The translations under genes and the position numbers were made by a program. A stretch of DNA of 64,000 bases from Tricharina praecox. Taxonomy: Eukaryota. Shown piece by piece: positions 24,333 to 37,100 of this stretch (position 1 is its first letter; each line of letters begins with the position of its first letter). The stretch lies in contig NW_026250410.1 of NCBI RefSeq assembly GCF_024521635.1, positions 1,178,001 to 1,242,000 of the forward strand, written 5' to 3'. The notes under the pieces are model-generated. The model did no database searches. It saw only the letters and a list, made by a program, of their open reading frames with translations, and was not told the DNA's origin.

Positions 24333-24687
24333 ACTTCGCCTTCTTGTTCTTCTTCAGCTTCTTCTTGTGCTTCCTCTATTCTTCATCTCTTCTTGTTTTT
24401 GTTCTTTTCGGGGAACAAACACACCTGCACGCGAATATTCCTCGACTACACAACCAAACACGACGGGGAAGGAAGCTGGGCTGTGTGAGTGGGGGTTGTG
24501 GATCGTGAGTCTCCACTCTGCGGGGGAAGGAGGGGAGGGGGGGGGGGAAGGGAGGGGGGGAGGGAAGGCGCCGACGGGGATAGCTAACCGCTAACTAGGG
24601 AGCGTACATAGGTGCCAGTGCCCAGGTCACGAGGGTATCGCAGCCGACGATCGCTCGAAGCGTGGAGCTACACATCTCTCAAGCGCG

Positions 24688-26277
24688 ATGGTCAGCAAGG
24701 CGGATCTACAAGCAAACTTCCAAGAGATCTGTAGAAAATCGATGCTGCATCGTCCTTTCCCGTCGCGAACGCTGCCAAATCCGACTTCGGTTGCCAAGCT
24801 GCCCGCGCTCCCGAATGAGCTGCTGCTCATGCTCGGCGACCGTTTGTCGCCGAGAGACCTCAACGCGCTGCTGAGGACGTCGAGGCACATGCATGCGCTG
24901 TACAACGACTACCTCTACAAACTCACCGTGCGCGAGAATGGCAATTTCACCCTGTTCTGGGCCGCCATCAAGGGCCAGCCGACCGTTGCGCGCAAGGTGC
25001 TGGCTATGGGTGCCCAGGCCGAGGCCGAGTGCAGGGGGTTTTACCAGCAGTTGACGGCCTACGGGAGTGTCCATGAGACGCCGCTGCTCACGGCTATCGC
25101 GCACAACAGGCTGGACGTCGTCAAGGTGCTGGTCAAACACGATGTCGACATCAATGTCCAAGGGTCCGGGAGGCTGATTCCGTTGGATATGGCTACCAAG
25201 GACGGGAAGGAGGATATAGTAGAGGAGTTGTTGAAGCGCGGAGCGAACGTCAATCAGACCTCAGACCTCCGCCAGACGCCGCTGCACTCGGCGGTCACCG
25301 GTAAGCACAGTCCGAGCTTGATCAGACTACTGCTCGCCCACAAGGCTCGTGTGGACGCAGTCGACGGTGATAGGAACACCCCGCTGCACATGGCGTACGA
25401 CAAGGAGACGGTCGAGATACTGGTCAAGGAGAGTGCTGGGATGATTGACGATGCCAATATCTGGGATGTGACGCCGCTGTCGATCGCCGTCAAGGCGAAG
25501 GACAAGGAGCGAGTGCGGGTGCTCCTCGAGAATGGCGCCGGAGTCAACATTCCCAACCAGAAGGGCGAAACCGCTCTGTTCTGGGTCGGCAGGAAATGGG
25601 ACAACATGCGACATCCCCCCATCAAGATCTCGGATGACTCGGATGTCGAGATCGCGCGGACGTTGCTCGAGTTTGGCGCCAACATCCACCACACCGATAC
25701 CAATCTCAGCACCGCGCTCTTCAGCATCGTCGAGCTCGGCGACATCCCGACCGTCAAACTGCTCCTCGAGAAGGGCTCCAGTGCGGCCGTCCGCAACCGC
25801 AAGGGTCTGACCCCACTCCACGTGGCGGCAGAGGAGGGCTGGCCAGAAATCCTAGAGCTGCTACTGACCCACCACGCCAACGTCAACGCCATGAACTACT
25901 ACCGGTCCACCTCTCTGCACCGACTGACCTCCATCTCTAAGAAACGGATCCGTGGCAGCCAGGACCGCTACCTCAAAGCCATGGCGGTGCTCATCAAGAA
26001 CGGCGCCAACTTGAACATGCAGGACCGCATCGGACAGACTCCGCTGATGAAGTCGGCCTACCACGGCTACTGGGAGTTCGTCACCCAGCTCATGGCCTCG
26101 CCCGGTATCGACCTGGCCATCAAGGACCGCCGCAACAAGACGGCTAGCGAGCTCTCGAAGGATCATGGCTCGGAGAGTAAAATGCTGCTCGACGCTACTA
26201 GGAAGGCGACTGAGATGAAGAAGTCGGAGGGGGACGAGGCGCGAATGGCCCTGGATGGGCGGGTTGACAATTATTGA
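24688..26277 (+). CDS. Ankyrin-repeat protein with N-terminal F-box-like motif, 529 aa; a 5' extension via a probable intron at about 24485-24611 is possible
   Basis: 'LPALPNELLLMLGDRL..RDLNALLRTSR' F-box-like motif; more than 10 ankyrin repeats (TPLL, TPLH, GA.VN). Confidence 0.92.
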   Translation: MVSKADLQANFQEICRKSMLHRPFPSRTLPNPTSVAKLPALPNELLLMLGDRLSPRDLNALLRTSRHMHALYNDYLYKLTVRENGNFTLFWAAIKGQPTVARKVLAMGAQAEAECRGFYQQLTAYGSVHETPLLTAIAHNRLDVVKVLVKHDVDINVQGSGRLIPLDMATKDGKEDIVEELLKRGANVNQTSDLRQTPLHSAVTGKHSPSLIRLLLAHKARVDAVDGDRNTPLHMAYDKETVEILVKESAGMIDDANIWDVTPLSIAVKAKDKERVRVLLENGAGVNIPNQKGETALFWVGRKWDNMRHPPIKISDDSDVEIARTLLEFGANIHHTDTNLSTALFSIVELGDIPTVKLLLEKGSSAAVRNRKGLTPLHVAAEEGWPEILELLLTHHANVNAMNYYRSTSLHRLTSISKKRIRGSQDRYLKAMAVLIKNGANLNMQDRIGQTPLMKSAYHGYWEFVTQLMASPGIDLAIKDRRNKTASELSKDHGSESKMLLDATRKATEMKKSEGDEARMALDGRVDNY

Positions 26278-26804
26278 ATGCAGCGAGAATGCCAGTGGGG
26301 TGTGAACAGGGAAGGGGGGTGACGGGGAAGGGAAGATGAGTGTGTTACGATATGATTTGATGTCTTGCGACGATGACGACGATTGGTATAGAAGGTGTTT
26401 GCTTGCTTTCTGTGCTTCTGGGGGGCGGGGATTGGGGGTGCTTGGTTCTTTTTTTCCTTCTTTTTTTTTGTCCCCTTCGGTTTACTACGGAACTTACTTT
26501 GTTTTACGGGTTGGTTGGGATTCTGATTTTTTGCGCTGCGCTTTGCTTACGTTGCTTTGCTTGTCTTGTCTTGTCTTGTCGTGTGTTGTGTTCTTTTTCT
26601 TTGCTTGGCTTTGCTTTCGGTTTCGAATTTGATTGATTGATGCGTTTCCTGGGTGTTTGTTCTACATGGTGTTTTGGGCGGATCGGATTTGGCTGGGGCT
26701 GGGTTGGGTTGGGGGCTGGATCGGGTGCGGTAAATGCGTTTTTTTGACTTTGCTGTCGTTATGTGATTTTTCTTGTCGTTTCCTTTTCCCTGCGCTTGTG
26801 ATGC

Positions 26805-27004
26805 GATGTTGATGTTGATGTTGATGTTGATGTTGATGTTGATGTTGATGTTGATGTTGATGTTGATGTTGATGTTGATGTTGATGTTGATGTTGATGTT
26901 GATGTTGATGTTGATGTTGATGTTGATGTTGATGTTGATGTTGATGTTGATGTTGATGTTGATGTTGATGTTGATGTTGATGTTGATGTTGATGTTGATG
27001 TTGA
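26805..27004. repeat. Perfect (GATGTT) hexanucleotide microsatellite, about 33 copies
   Basis: Read directly. Confidence 0.97.
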
Positions 27005-27559
27005 CGGAGAGGGGATGGGGGGAGGTGGTAGAATGTTGATGGGTGTTGGTTGTTGAAGATGTCTTTTGCGGCGTTGTACGTAAAGGAAAAATGGAGAGGA
27101 AGAATGGAATGATGTTGTAGTTGACTGGTTGACTGTGGATGCGTGTGGATGCGTGGTCCTTGAGGTTGAGGTTGAGGTTAAGGTTGAGGGTGCGTCCAAG
27201 TCGGAGTCAGAGGAGGCGGTCCGAGTTCGGAGTCAGAGTCAGAGGAGGCTGTCTGGCCAGTACCAAGCCGAGCAACGGCAACAAGCCCAACAGTGCTAAG
27301 TATTAGCCAGCACAGGTAGGGAGTCGAACCCATAGAGACCCATGGAGGGGAGGGGAAGCTACATGGCTTTTTTGTTTAATCTACATAGTGGCGGAACTCT
27401 GAGTGATATCGGGTGCATAGACGGCGGAGAGTGAGGCCATTGAAGCGGTATCCCAGCGTGCTACAACGAACTACAACACAACGTCAAGCCGGAATGGAAA
27501 TTGGAGACAAATTTACAGGTAGGCTTCCAAGTAGGCTGGGAGGCTGGCGGGCGCTGGGA

Positions 27560-30500
27560 AGTGTGCGCTGGGTGCACGGAGTACTGGGCACAGTATATCA
27601 CTCGTGCACAGCACCGGCTGAAGTTCACGGGGTGGGCAATACCCTATGAGGAGGTGCCGAAGAGCTCGCACGGAAGCCAAGACAGACGGAGCTACATTGC
27701 ATTTAAGGTACGGACGTGCCATCCTTTCCTACCACTACTATACATATAGGTAGCCGAGTCACTCTTCCCACACCGGGGATGGACGCGGCAGATACCGCTA
27801 TTTAGTCGGCGATCTGGAGTCTAGATTCTGCAAAGTTTTTATCGTCACGCTCGTGCTCGTGCACAACTCCAACTCTATGTAACTCAAAATACTTTGTATC
27901 AGAATATTACGCAGATCTTATAGGGCCGTGGGCGCCTAACGTCACTCGTCACTCATGTGCTCGCCGCCCCCTGGATTCAAAATGTATTCACCTGCCGGCC
28001 AGGAATAGTATACGTTTTCCACACGAGCGGCAAAGAGGATCTCATAAAGACAGCGATAGAGTAGGTAGCCCGTTCGTGGAAGGCAGGAAGTCATTATCGT
28101 TACCACCTATGCATACCGACCTTCTCCATAATGTATCGGCCGCACCATTCATCGCCACTATCGGCACCGGCACCGGCACAAGACGAGAACAACCTCGGCC
28201 ATTCCCCAGCACAGCGGCGGCAGGACCTCGATGCAAAATCCGCAATAAGTGAAAGCCCGACCCAGCGAGACGCCCGCCGGTGGCCGCTCTCCACGTTATT
28301 CACACCGACCGTCGTTAGCTGGCGGCGGCCGTTCACGCGAGCGGGCGGCGACTGCACGCCTTCCCCTCCAACGGAAGCCGGCTGGCGCCCACCCACGCTA
28401 ACCACGCCGTACATCCTGCTCTTCTCCCTCATCACGCTCGGACTTGCGGGCGCGCTCGAGTACCTAGTGCAACGATCGAACAGTCGGGGAGCTGTGGTTT
28501 TTGCCGAGGTTTCGTATCTCCTTGAGTTCGCGCCGATGCTGGTGGCGGTGCTGTGCGGGCTGCTGTGGGCGGGAGTCGATCATGATGTTAAAAGGTATGA
28601 TGAGTGTGCCGGGTTTCTACCGGGAGGTGGAGGGTGCATTCGCTCGCTGTGGATAGTGGGACTGCGAACCTGAGCTAGGCGGCGTTTTCTACGTGCAACG
28701 AACTTGCCCCTATCAATGATCTCATCTGATCCTATTCCATGAATTCTCACCGATGCGAGGTGGGGTTGGAGCGATATGCAGATGGATTATGATTAGTCTC
28801 TTGCTCCGGTCTCCCGCCCTCTGCACCCTTTCGCTCCCTCCCCCCTTCTTCCGTAAACTGGCGCCTTCGAAGGCCCCGCCCGCCTCGTAGCCATCTCTGG
28901 ACGCTGATGCTAGAGGGTTTCTACTGTTTTTGTATTGTTACTCATGTGATCTTGTCCAAGGGAGCTGTCACCGAGTCCGAGAGGCGTTGAGAACGTGAGG
29001 CCGCTGGCCTGGTGAGATTGACCGCTCATCGCTAACATGACCGTGCCGCAGGCTCGAGCCATACTTCCAACTATCGAAGCCCGGAGGTGTCACCGCCGAG
29101 CACTCGCTATTCCTCGAGTACCCGTACAGCTTCGCCTTATTCGCTCCCTTCATTTCTCTACGCAAGCGGTATGCACATGTCATCTTCCGCGGACCGAGTC
29201 TCCGCTGACACTGTATTCAGCCACTGGGTAGTTCTCTGTTCGTCTCTAATCCTCGTGCTCATCCTGAACGGCGTAACGCCACTGATGAGCACCCTCGTCG
29301 TGAAGAGACCCGTGCAGCGCACCGTCTCCTTCCCGGCCGAAAGAGCACGTCTATACTCACCCTCTTCGCAGCCGGCGACGCTATCCACCGCGTTCTCGTA
29401 CATTGCGTTTTCGCACCAGTACCACAACGGGATGCTACCGCCGTTCACCACCGCGGACTTCGCGGTCCTGCCCTTCCGCGCCCCATCTCGGAGCGGCACT
29501 CGCGCGGGTAAAGGCGACATCTTCCGCGGCAGCTCGATCCTGTACGAGGCACGGCTAGACTGCAGCCTCGGCGCCCTCAGCGAGCTGCCGGAGGACATGC
29601 GGGAGCTGGACTTCCCGGGGCGGAACTTCCGAATGGGATTTGGGCGCTTCACGGACGCGGCCGGACACAGCCCGTACCGCAGCGAGGTGTACAGCTACAG
29701 CAGCTTCGATGGCTGGAATAGAACCGGGATGGGCGAGTTCAGAGAGGATATGCTGGTGGTGTTTTTTGGCCGCAATGGCTACCCCGATGGGCCCGTGGCA
29801 GAGTTTAAGCTCAACTGGGGGTACATGAACTCGACGGCCATATACTGCGTGCCCGTGCACGAGCAGCAGGAGGTCGATGTGCTTGTTGATGCGGACAGCA
29901 TGAGCCTGCTGAACTGGACGAGGAAGGGGGCGAAGACGCGGTTCACGGGGATCAAAATTCCGCACTGGACCGGCGTGTTGACGGGGCAGGTATCCTCCGC
30001 GTCTTTCCCGGCGCTCCATTCCACGCCCACGACGCCAACATCGGGAATGGTCTGGGGCCTGCCGGACCACACCTCGCAGCTGGCCAGGAAGCCGCAGTTC
30101 CACACGCTCATGGACGAGTATCCGCGCGCCCGCGAGTTCCAGCCCATCAATGTCAACTTTGCTACGCCGCAGACGTTTAGCCCGTTTGTGCTCGCGGGGC
30201 AGCAGGAGCTCGAGGAACTGTTCGATGGCACGGGAAAGGCGCTGATGCAGAGGTACAGCGAGGGGTACCGATATATGTTCGCAATGGCTATGGCACATGG
30301 CTTCACGGCGTATGCGAGCGACGTGGCCGACAGTGTTGCGCCCAGTCTTGTCGATCCCGTGGGAATTGAGAGTCTGCAGCCGGCAGTGAGGGAGTTCCTG
30401 GAGGATGGATACGTCGTGGACGAGCTCTGGACACGGATCCTTCAGACGGCGCTCGTGGCCATTCTGGGCCTTAGTATTGTGCTGGCTGGTCTCGTAAGGA

Positions 30501-33500
30501 ACCGCAGGTGTGAGCTGGTTAGAGAACCGGGTACTATCGTCGAGGCTATGATCTCGCTGGACGTGGATGGTAGTGTGCTGCAGGACTTTCAGGATTCGGA
30601 ATTCTTGAGCCCAGCAGAGTTGAAGAAGGTGTTGACCGTGAGGAAGCACCGGTATTCTTTGCGGGCACAGAAGATCTTTGTCCATCGGGATAAAGACACC
30701 AGTTGCAATCCTTGCGCCAGTCCAGCCATCGATCGAGACCGCGTCACACTTTCCAAGTCGTGGGAGCTAAGTCGATATCTCGGATCGACTGTGACTGCAT
30801 TCCTCGTCGGATGGGTCACACTGCTTGTCGTCCTATTTGTGCGTGCGAAGGATGAAGGATTTGCTGTTCCCGCCGGTACCTACCTCTACGACGCGTATGC
30901 ATCCTACGCACCGACCATCGCCGCCACCTCGTTAGAGTCATTCTTGGTCCTCCTCACCTCGCAAGTCGCCCTCCTCTTCCCTTTCAAGCAGCTCAGACGG
31001 GGGAATGCCAGTGCCAAGAACTCCATATCCGTCAACTACGACCGGAGACCGCCACATTTGCAGGTTGTCAATGGCATACGAACCCGGAATCCGCTGCTCA
31101 CCGTCTTGAGCACGAGTATCCTGCTGGCTAATGTCCTTGCCGTTGCGGTCGGCGGGTTGTTCCACAAGAGCACCGTGGAGGTTCGGTATCCGGCAAAGGA
31201 ACTTGCTCTGCTGGGATCGCTGGAGACGCTTGAGGCATATAATGCTTCGTCGGAATCATTGATCAAGGGGGACTGGGACATTCCGTACGAGTCGTTCTAC
31301 GTTGCGGCAGGCGACCTAATGGGCTTCCGACGGCCACCGTGGACTACCGATGAGCTGTTCTACATGCCGTTCACCGACTCTCGCAACCAGACCGACGACC
31401 GCGGCGCTAAGTACATCACGGAAACCTTCGGGATGGGCGTATCCATGAAGTGCGAGGAGGTCCCTCCGGAGTTGCTCAGCACGTGGACAGCACTCAGCCT
31501 CCGTGCCAACGAGACGGCCACCGCCAGCAAGCACCGCAGCTTCTCGTTCACCACTTTCGTCAATAGAACGATGCATTTTGGTACTTCCCGCTACGACACG
31601 TTGCTTTTTCCGGACATCGGTGCGTACGCCAGAGACAACATGTTCGAGCAGGAAGAGAAGTTCGTCAAAACGTTCTTTCCTGGGGAAATCATCAACGGGA
31701 CCAAGAAGTACCTGTATGTCGAGTATGGTCCTAACCCGTACCCGGAGACACTCGCGGACAAGCAGGACTGGGAGTTCTCTGCATTCTGGCATCAATACGA
31801 ATACGACCCGAACCGACGAGGCACGATCAACGACTCGTTCTGGGAATCCAATGTCACCGTCAATAAGAATTTCTTCGACAGCGACATCCAGTATCTCAAC
31901 AAAACAGTGGAGGGGCCATCGATGTTCATTCTTTCCCGCGTCGGTCTCCGCTGCCAGCCCACTCCCCATCTAGTCCGCTCCACGCTCACCTCCGACCTCT
32001 CGGGCCACATCATCAGCCACACTGACACCTCGCTCCCCTTCACCTCGTCACCCACCACCTCCAACCAACCCACCGGCCTCCCAGGCCTCGTTTCCATTTT
32101 CATGCGTACCGTCATGCCGCGCGTAACCGCCAAGTACTCCGCCCACAACAGCGACAAGCTCTCTCCCTCCTCCTCGCCCGGCAGCTGGCTATCCCTCCTC
32201 CTCTCCGACGAAGCGCGCGCGCTTACTCCAGGGTTCACATTGTACACGCACCCCGCCCAGTCCGCGCGCGCAATGGAAGCGGTGCTCCAGCGCACCTTCG
32301 CTATCTTCCTGCAGCTGAACGCCGACACAATCTTTCGCCCTCCCAGCGCACTCCTGTCCGTCGGCACGAGGAACGGTACGCTGCTCAGAGCGGAGGAGCG
32401 CGTGCTGATCCGCCCGCTGGCACTGAGAATTGCAGTCGCCATACTGCTGGCGTTTGTCCCAGCGATTGTCGCGGCGTATGTCTGCCTCGCCGATGCGAGC
32501 CTTGTCCATCAGCCTACGACGCTGGCGGGGCTGTTTTCGGCGGTTTATGCGTGTGATTTTGATGCGGGCGCTGTTGCGGGGGATAAGAGGGGTAAGAGGG
32601 GTAAGAGAGGGAAAGAGGGTTATGTGTACGGGTATGGGTGGTTTGTGGGCAGGGATGGGAGGAGGCATGTTGGCGTTGCGAAGGAGCCATTGGGGGACGG
32701 TAGGTTGGACGTACCGTAGTCTGGGATTGGAGCATGCGGGGAATACTACGGGATCTGTGGGTTTTATGGGTTTTATTAGTGGAGAGAGAGGGAAAGGCGG
32801 ATGTGGTTAGAAACCACGCAGGAATAAGATACGGCCACGGAATTCTGGTTAGCGGTATGGAGGAGGGATCATGATAGGGAGGGCCCATAACGATACTCTA
32901 GCCAGACAAGCTCACCGACAGCCTACAGGCCACACAGGGACACGTGCGTGGGAGTAGGTCGGTGGGAGGGAGGGGAAGGAATAGATATGGAGGACGATGA
33001 AAAGAAGCTCGAAAGTGCCACATTACATGTTCCTCAGGGCACATGGGGACCACCCGTATGCTGCCGTGGTCGACAAGCCCGTAGGCTGTTGCTGTTGCAC
33101 TTACTAATGCTGGCGCGCCATGGTTATAATCTGCATCACCCTTCCTCCAGTACGGAAAAAAACCTGCGCGGCCAAGCGGTCACGCACCCGGTAGAGTTAG
33201 CATGGACACTGCAGCGGTCTATCTATCGGGGTTTCCAAGCCACCCCACCAGGGGTGGCGAAGGTTTTTGGTTCGAGCCAGGGTTCGGCTTTCGTTTTATT
33301 TAAGCGGTGTGTTTACTTACAGCCTAGGCACTCGTAGATCATGGAAATATAGTCACGGTTTGGCATCGTCACGGGTTATCACTCTATCACTCGCTGCGTG
33401 AGATCGCGTGCCTAGCTAGACCCTGCTCTTGTACGTCCGAACTGGGATCATTCGTTTCCCAGCTGTTTGCGTTCCAATTCGGTTCCGTGGTTCATCTAGC

Positions 33501-33845
33501 TACTCTGGCTTTGTGTGCTGTCAGGTTTGAGGCGTCTACGTGAGCGTGCGATTCGGTAGATCCTAGGTAGTAGTATCCGTAGCCGTTAAGTTTACCAAAT
33601 CAATGTAGACTCCGTCTGGATAGGGAAAAAGGCTATGGTGCTACATAGCATTCCAAAAGATCTTCGTCCATTCGAATTCCGGAGTAGTGCGAGTGATCCA
33701 TTATGACCGACCCTGGTCCCCAAAGCCGTGTTGCGGTTGCTATGTTCTCTGCAGCATCTTTCTGGATCTTAGTTTCGATCAGACAAACGACTGCACCGAA
33801 GTAAAATACAAGTGACAGTTACTACCCCCCCTCCGCGCACACCAC
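27560..33845. repeat. Degenerate inverted-repeat pair enclosing the DUF3433 gene
   Basis: 27683-27699 CAGACGGAG-CTACATTG vs revcomp 33601-33618 CAGACGGAGTCTACATTG; 27597-27604 / 33690-33697; 27561-27595 / 33806-33842. Confidence 0.75.
28131..32719 (+). CDS. DUF3433 family multi-pass membrane protein; join(28131..28594,29052..29168,29221..32719)
   Basis: Spliced motif DHDVKR|LEPYFQLSKPGGVTAEHSLFLEYP; second repeat 'LLFPFKQLRRGNASAKNSISVNY'; C-terminal 'YGYGWFVGRDGRRHVGV'; GT-AG introns with GCTAAC/GCTGAC branch sites. Confidence 0.9.
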
Positions 33846-34129
33846 CGTGACCGCGGTACCCCGTCTCGGCTCAGGCCTGGGTTACTCTACTCTAGATAGT
33901 GTTCAATACTGCTACAATACTATTATAGGCAACCTAACATACAACTCAGTAGATGCGTCTTCATCAAGATCGGCGAGCGAGAATTAGGGGTTGAGGACAA
34001 GATTTCATAGGTAGCAGTGGTGGTCGAGTACCTACCCATGACCTACCTATGTTCGCGGAAAGACGTGAAAATCACGCCAATCTGCACTTCTGCATGGAAA
34101 CTGTACTTTCTCATCTTGCTGATTGAATT

Positions 34130-37100
34130 TTGAGAGTCTTCTTGCGTCGCGGAGAGACAAGCATTTTGAAGACGATTATGGACCTTCGGCGCGCTATGGT
34201 GAGTCCATGGGATAGGAGATGGATGATACAGCTTCAAGTGTGGGGAAACTTGTTCATTTTTTTTTAGTGAAATGGGGAGGACGTAATCACAGGAGACAAC
34301 ACAACTACTTCCTCCATGTACAGATGCAGGTGTTCCATCGTTGGAAGTTGGAACTTGGTGCGACCATCTCTCCTATTCCAATTTCGGTCGGGCCCGTAAC
34401 TTCGTATTGGATGGAACACTGACCAGTCTCGCAGTTATTGCAGCAAATGATATTTCACATGCTATTATATAATTGCCGTGTAGTATGTTCATCTCAATCA
34501 CGATGACATGGTTATTCACGGCCACGGCCACGGCATGCGAACATGACATGTCCTCTCACTCGTCACCTCTAGTCCAACCTCCGATCACAAGCCAATACCA
34601 GGGAGTACTACTAGGTAGGTATATACTCTCGCCCGGCGCACGGAGTGCAATCTGCAGACGTCCTTTGACCGCACTGAATTTCGCGAGCATATCCATACCC
34701 ATCCATACTTACATAATCCATACCTCTCGTCTCGACATCCATCATCCATGCATGCCATACGAGTCACGACGCCCATTTGGCCGCTCCGTGACAAGGCGAT
34801 CGGCCGGCGCCGACGACGCAGTACTCTACTCTATGTAAGTACATATATAGAGCACCAACACCGACACCGATATGTAGGTAGGTAACCTTCTTCAAGCGGG
34901 GATGCCGAGCTCGCTCGCGAGGATCCCGGATCCCCCTGGCTCATTTCTTCCAAGCGTGGCCGTATGTATGTAAATGTCAAACGTCTACCTACCTACCTAC
35001 CTAGCTAGTTAGATCCAACCAGCCAGCCAGCCTTCCATCATGCTCGGTAATGTACTAGGTAATGTGGCCGACGGTCGACCAGGACGGGGCTGGACGGGGC
35101 TGGGCCAGTTCGACAGGGGAGTCGGAATGCTTGATTCCCGTGGGACGGGGCTGGGCTGTGATGGGCTGTGATGGGCTAGGTATCTATGAGGCTGGTTACC
35201 TATTTCATTTCACCTCGTTCGAACTTCGATACGGTTCCCGGGAGCCGAGCGCTGGAAGGCTGGTACCTATCATCCTCACCAAGAGTACCTACTACCGTAG
35301 TAGGCGACCACTATTCCAGCCGCCATAGTTAGGTATCTGCTGTGTGATACGCCAGATATTCATTTCGGCGCATTCACTTCTTGAGCCGAGTTTTTTTAGT
35401 GGTTTCGAAGGGCCAGAAGCCTGGAACATCTCCACCGGCAATCGAGATGGGCCACTCTGCCTATCAGCCAATCGCTTTGGCGAGTCCGGGGTACAACGTT
35501 ATATTGCTCTGGAAAGAACTCTGCCGGATAGGTATTGCGATCCCGGACGGCCGCCGGGGGTGGGAAATAACGACAGTGGAGGGGATTGTGAGGTCTAAAC
35601 CTCGGGATACCTACCTACCTATGCTGTGGGTAGGTATGTAGGAGGTAGGTAGGCTTGCGTGGTGATATTTCATGTAGGCAGTGGATGAAGGAAAGAAGGA
35701 AAAAGGGCGGGTCCGTGCTTCGAGGTTGATGCTCGATGCTGAACGTTGAGAGGCTGCAGTCTGCAAGCAGCGAAGATTAGGAGTGTGGAGATATCTAGGC
35801 GGTCGCACCATGACGGTAAGTAGTAACCATAGAGTAGGCAGGTAGCCGGGGCGGGCAAGCGTAGTTACTCAAGATATTCGCTTCCCCCATCCCTCACGCC
35901 TCGAGCCATCACCGTTAGCCATCCCTTAAGCCATCCCTTAAGCCCCCCATCAGCAATCCGTTCCAGTTCAGTTCGTTTCGCTTCGTTTCGTTTTGCGAAA
36001 TACCACCGGCTTGCGTAATGTGCGAAGCTTTCTTCCTCCATCGAATCGGCTGGACTACATGATTATCCGCTCAGGCGCCCGCATTTTCGGAGGCATTCCT
36101 GCACTGCCATTGGCTGTGCCACCCCGCAGCTCATTGGCGCCGGGTGCAAAGCTGGAACCGCAAGCTAGTAGGTCGTTACTAGTAGTCAAGTCGTTGCCGA
36201 GTAGCCTTCCCCTGCAGACACAACAGCAGACGTGGAGATACTCTACTAGTACCATGGTAGGCAGTACCGGTATGTTTGCATGTATGTAGGTAGAACTCTG
36301 CAGAGTACCAGGTACCGACTTACGTCTCCGTTCCTCAAGCGCTCGGTTGAGTCGGAAGCGGAAGTGGGCGGGCAGCGCTGAGCGGACAAGTCGGGATTAT
36401 CGACTCTATTCCTATCCAAACAGCTGAAGCCTGAAGTGGAGGCTGCAGTCAGATCACAGATGCACCGGCGAGTAGGTACGTACGATGTCGCGCTCGGTTC
36501 GGTAGAGGGCGGCACTGTGCGATCGACTGTTCGCGCCAATGCCCAAGAGAAGATCGCGACTCCCTACCCTGCCGTCTTAGAATAGAGCCCCCGATGGAAA
36601 CGGGGTCATGCAAACTCCGTATGTAGAGTATCTACGTACGTGTACACTGCACAGGAGAGTCGCAGGCAGGCAAGTCATCGTGCCGTGCCCTAAAGTATTC
36701 GTTGGGTGCCGTAGCTGCCGTAGCTGCCGTCTCGGCCGCGTCGACACGCGCAAGTGAACACAGCCCTGCGGGGTAAACGGAGGAATGTGGCGCAGCACAG
36801 CCACAATGCGCACGATCCGCACCTGCACTGTGAGATCAAGATTCCAATGGCCTGGTTTCGAATACCCAGTTGCCGGACAATAGAATAGCGAGCGAGAACA
36901 CGGCATTGTGGCCAGCAGGGCGGGGGGCTGCTTGCAGGAAAGGAGCGGACGGTACCGAGATTGGGTGGCAGATTCATGCGTTCGAACAGACGAAGGACGG
37001 GTGCACATGCGATTATTCGACGCAAGGAATCCACCCCACGATTGGGCTCCGCAGAGTAAGTTGTGTTTGTTATTTGCTTCATTTTCTTCGTTTTCCTTGC

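Larger units (their letters stand above)
23890..27330. repeat. Degenerate inverted-repeat pair enclosing the ankyrin gene
   Basis: 23935-23949 / 27245-27261; 24099-24118 / 27052-27074 and 27116-27124. Confidence 0.55.

Noticed and set aside
24042..24488. 148-aa ORF with poly-Y, (TA)n and poly-T tracts
   Set aside because: Translation of a compound microsatellite with a non-ATG start.
26759..27199. ORFs with (ST)n and (ML)n repeats
   Set aside because: Artefacts of the (GATGTT)n microsatellite.
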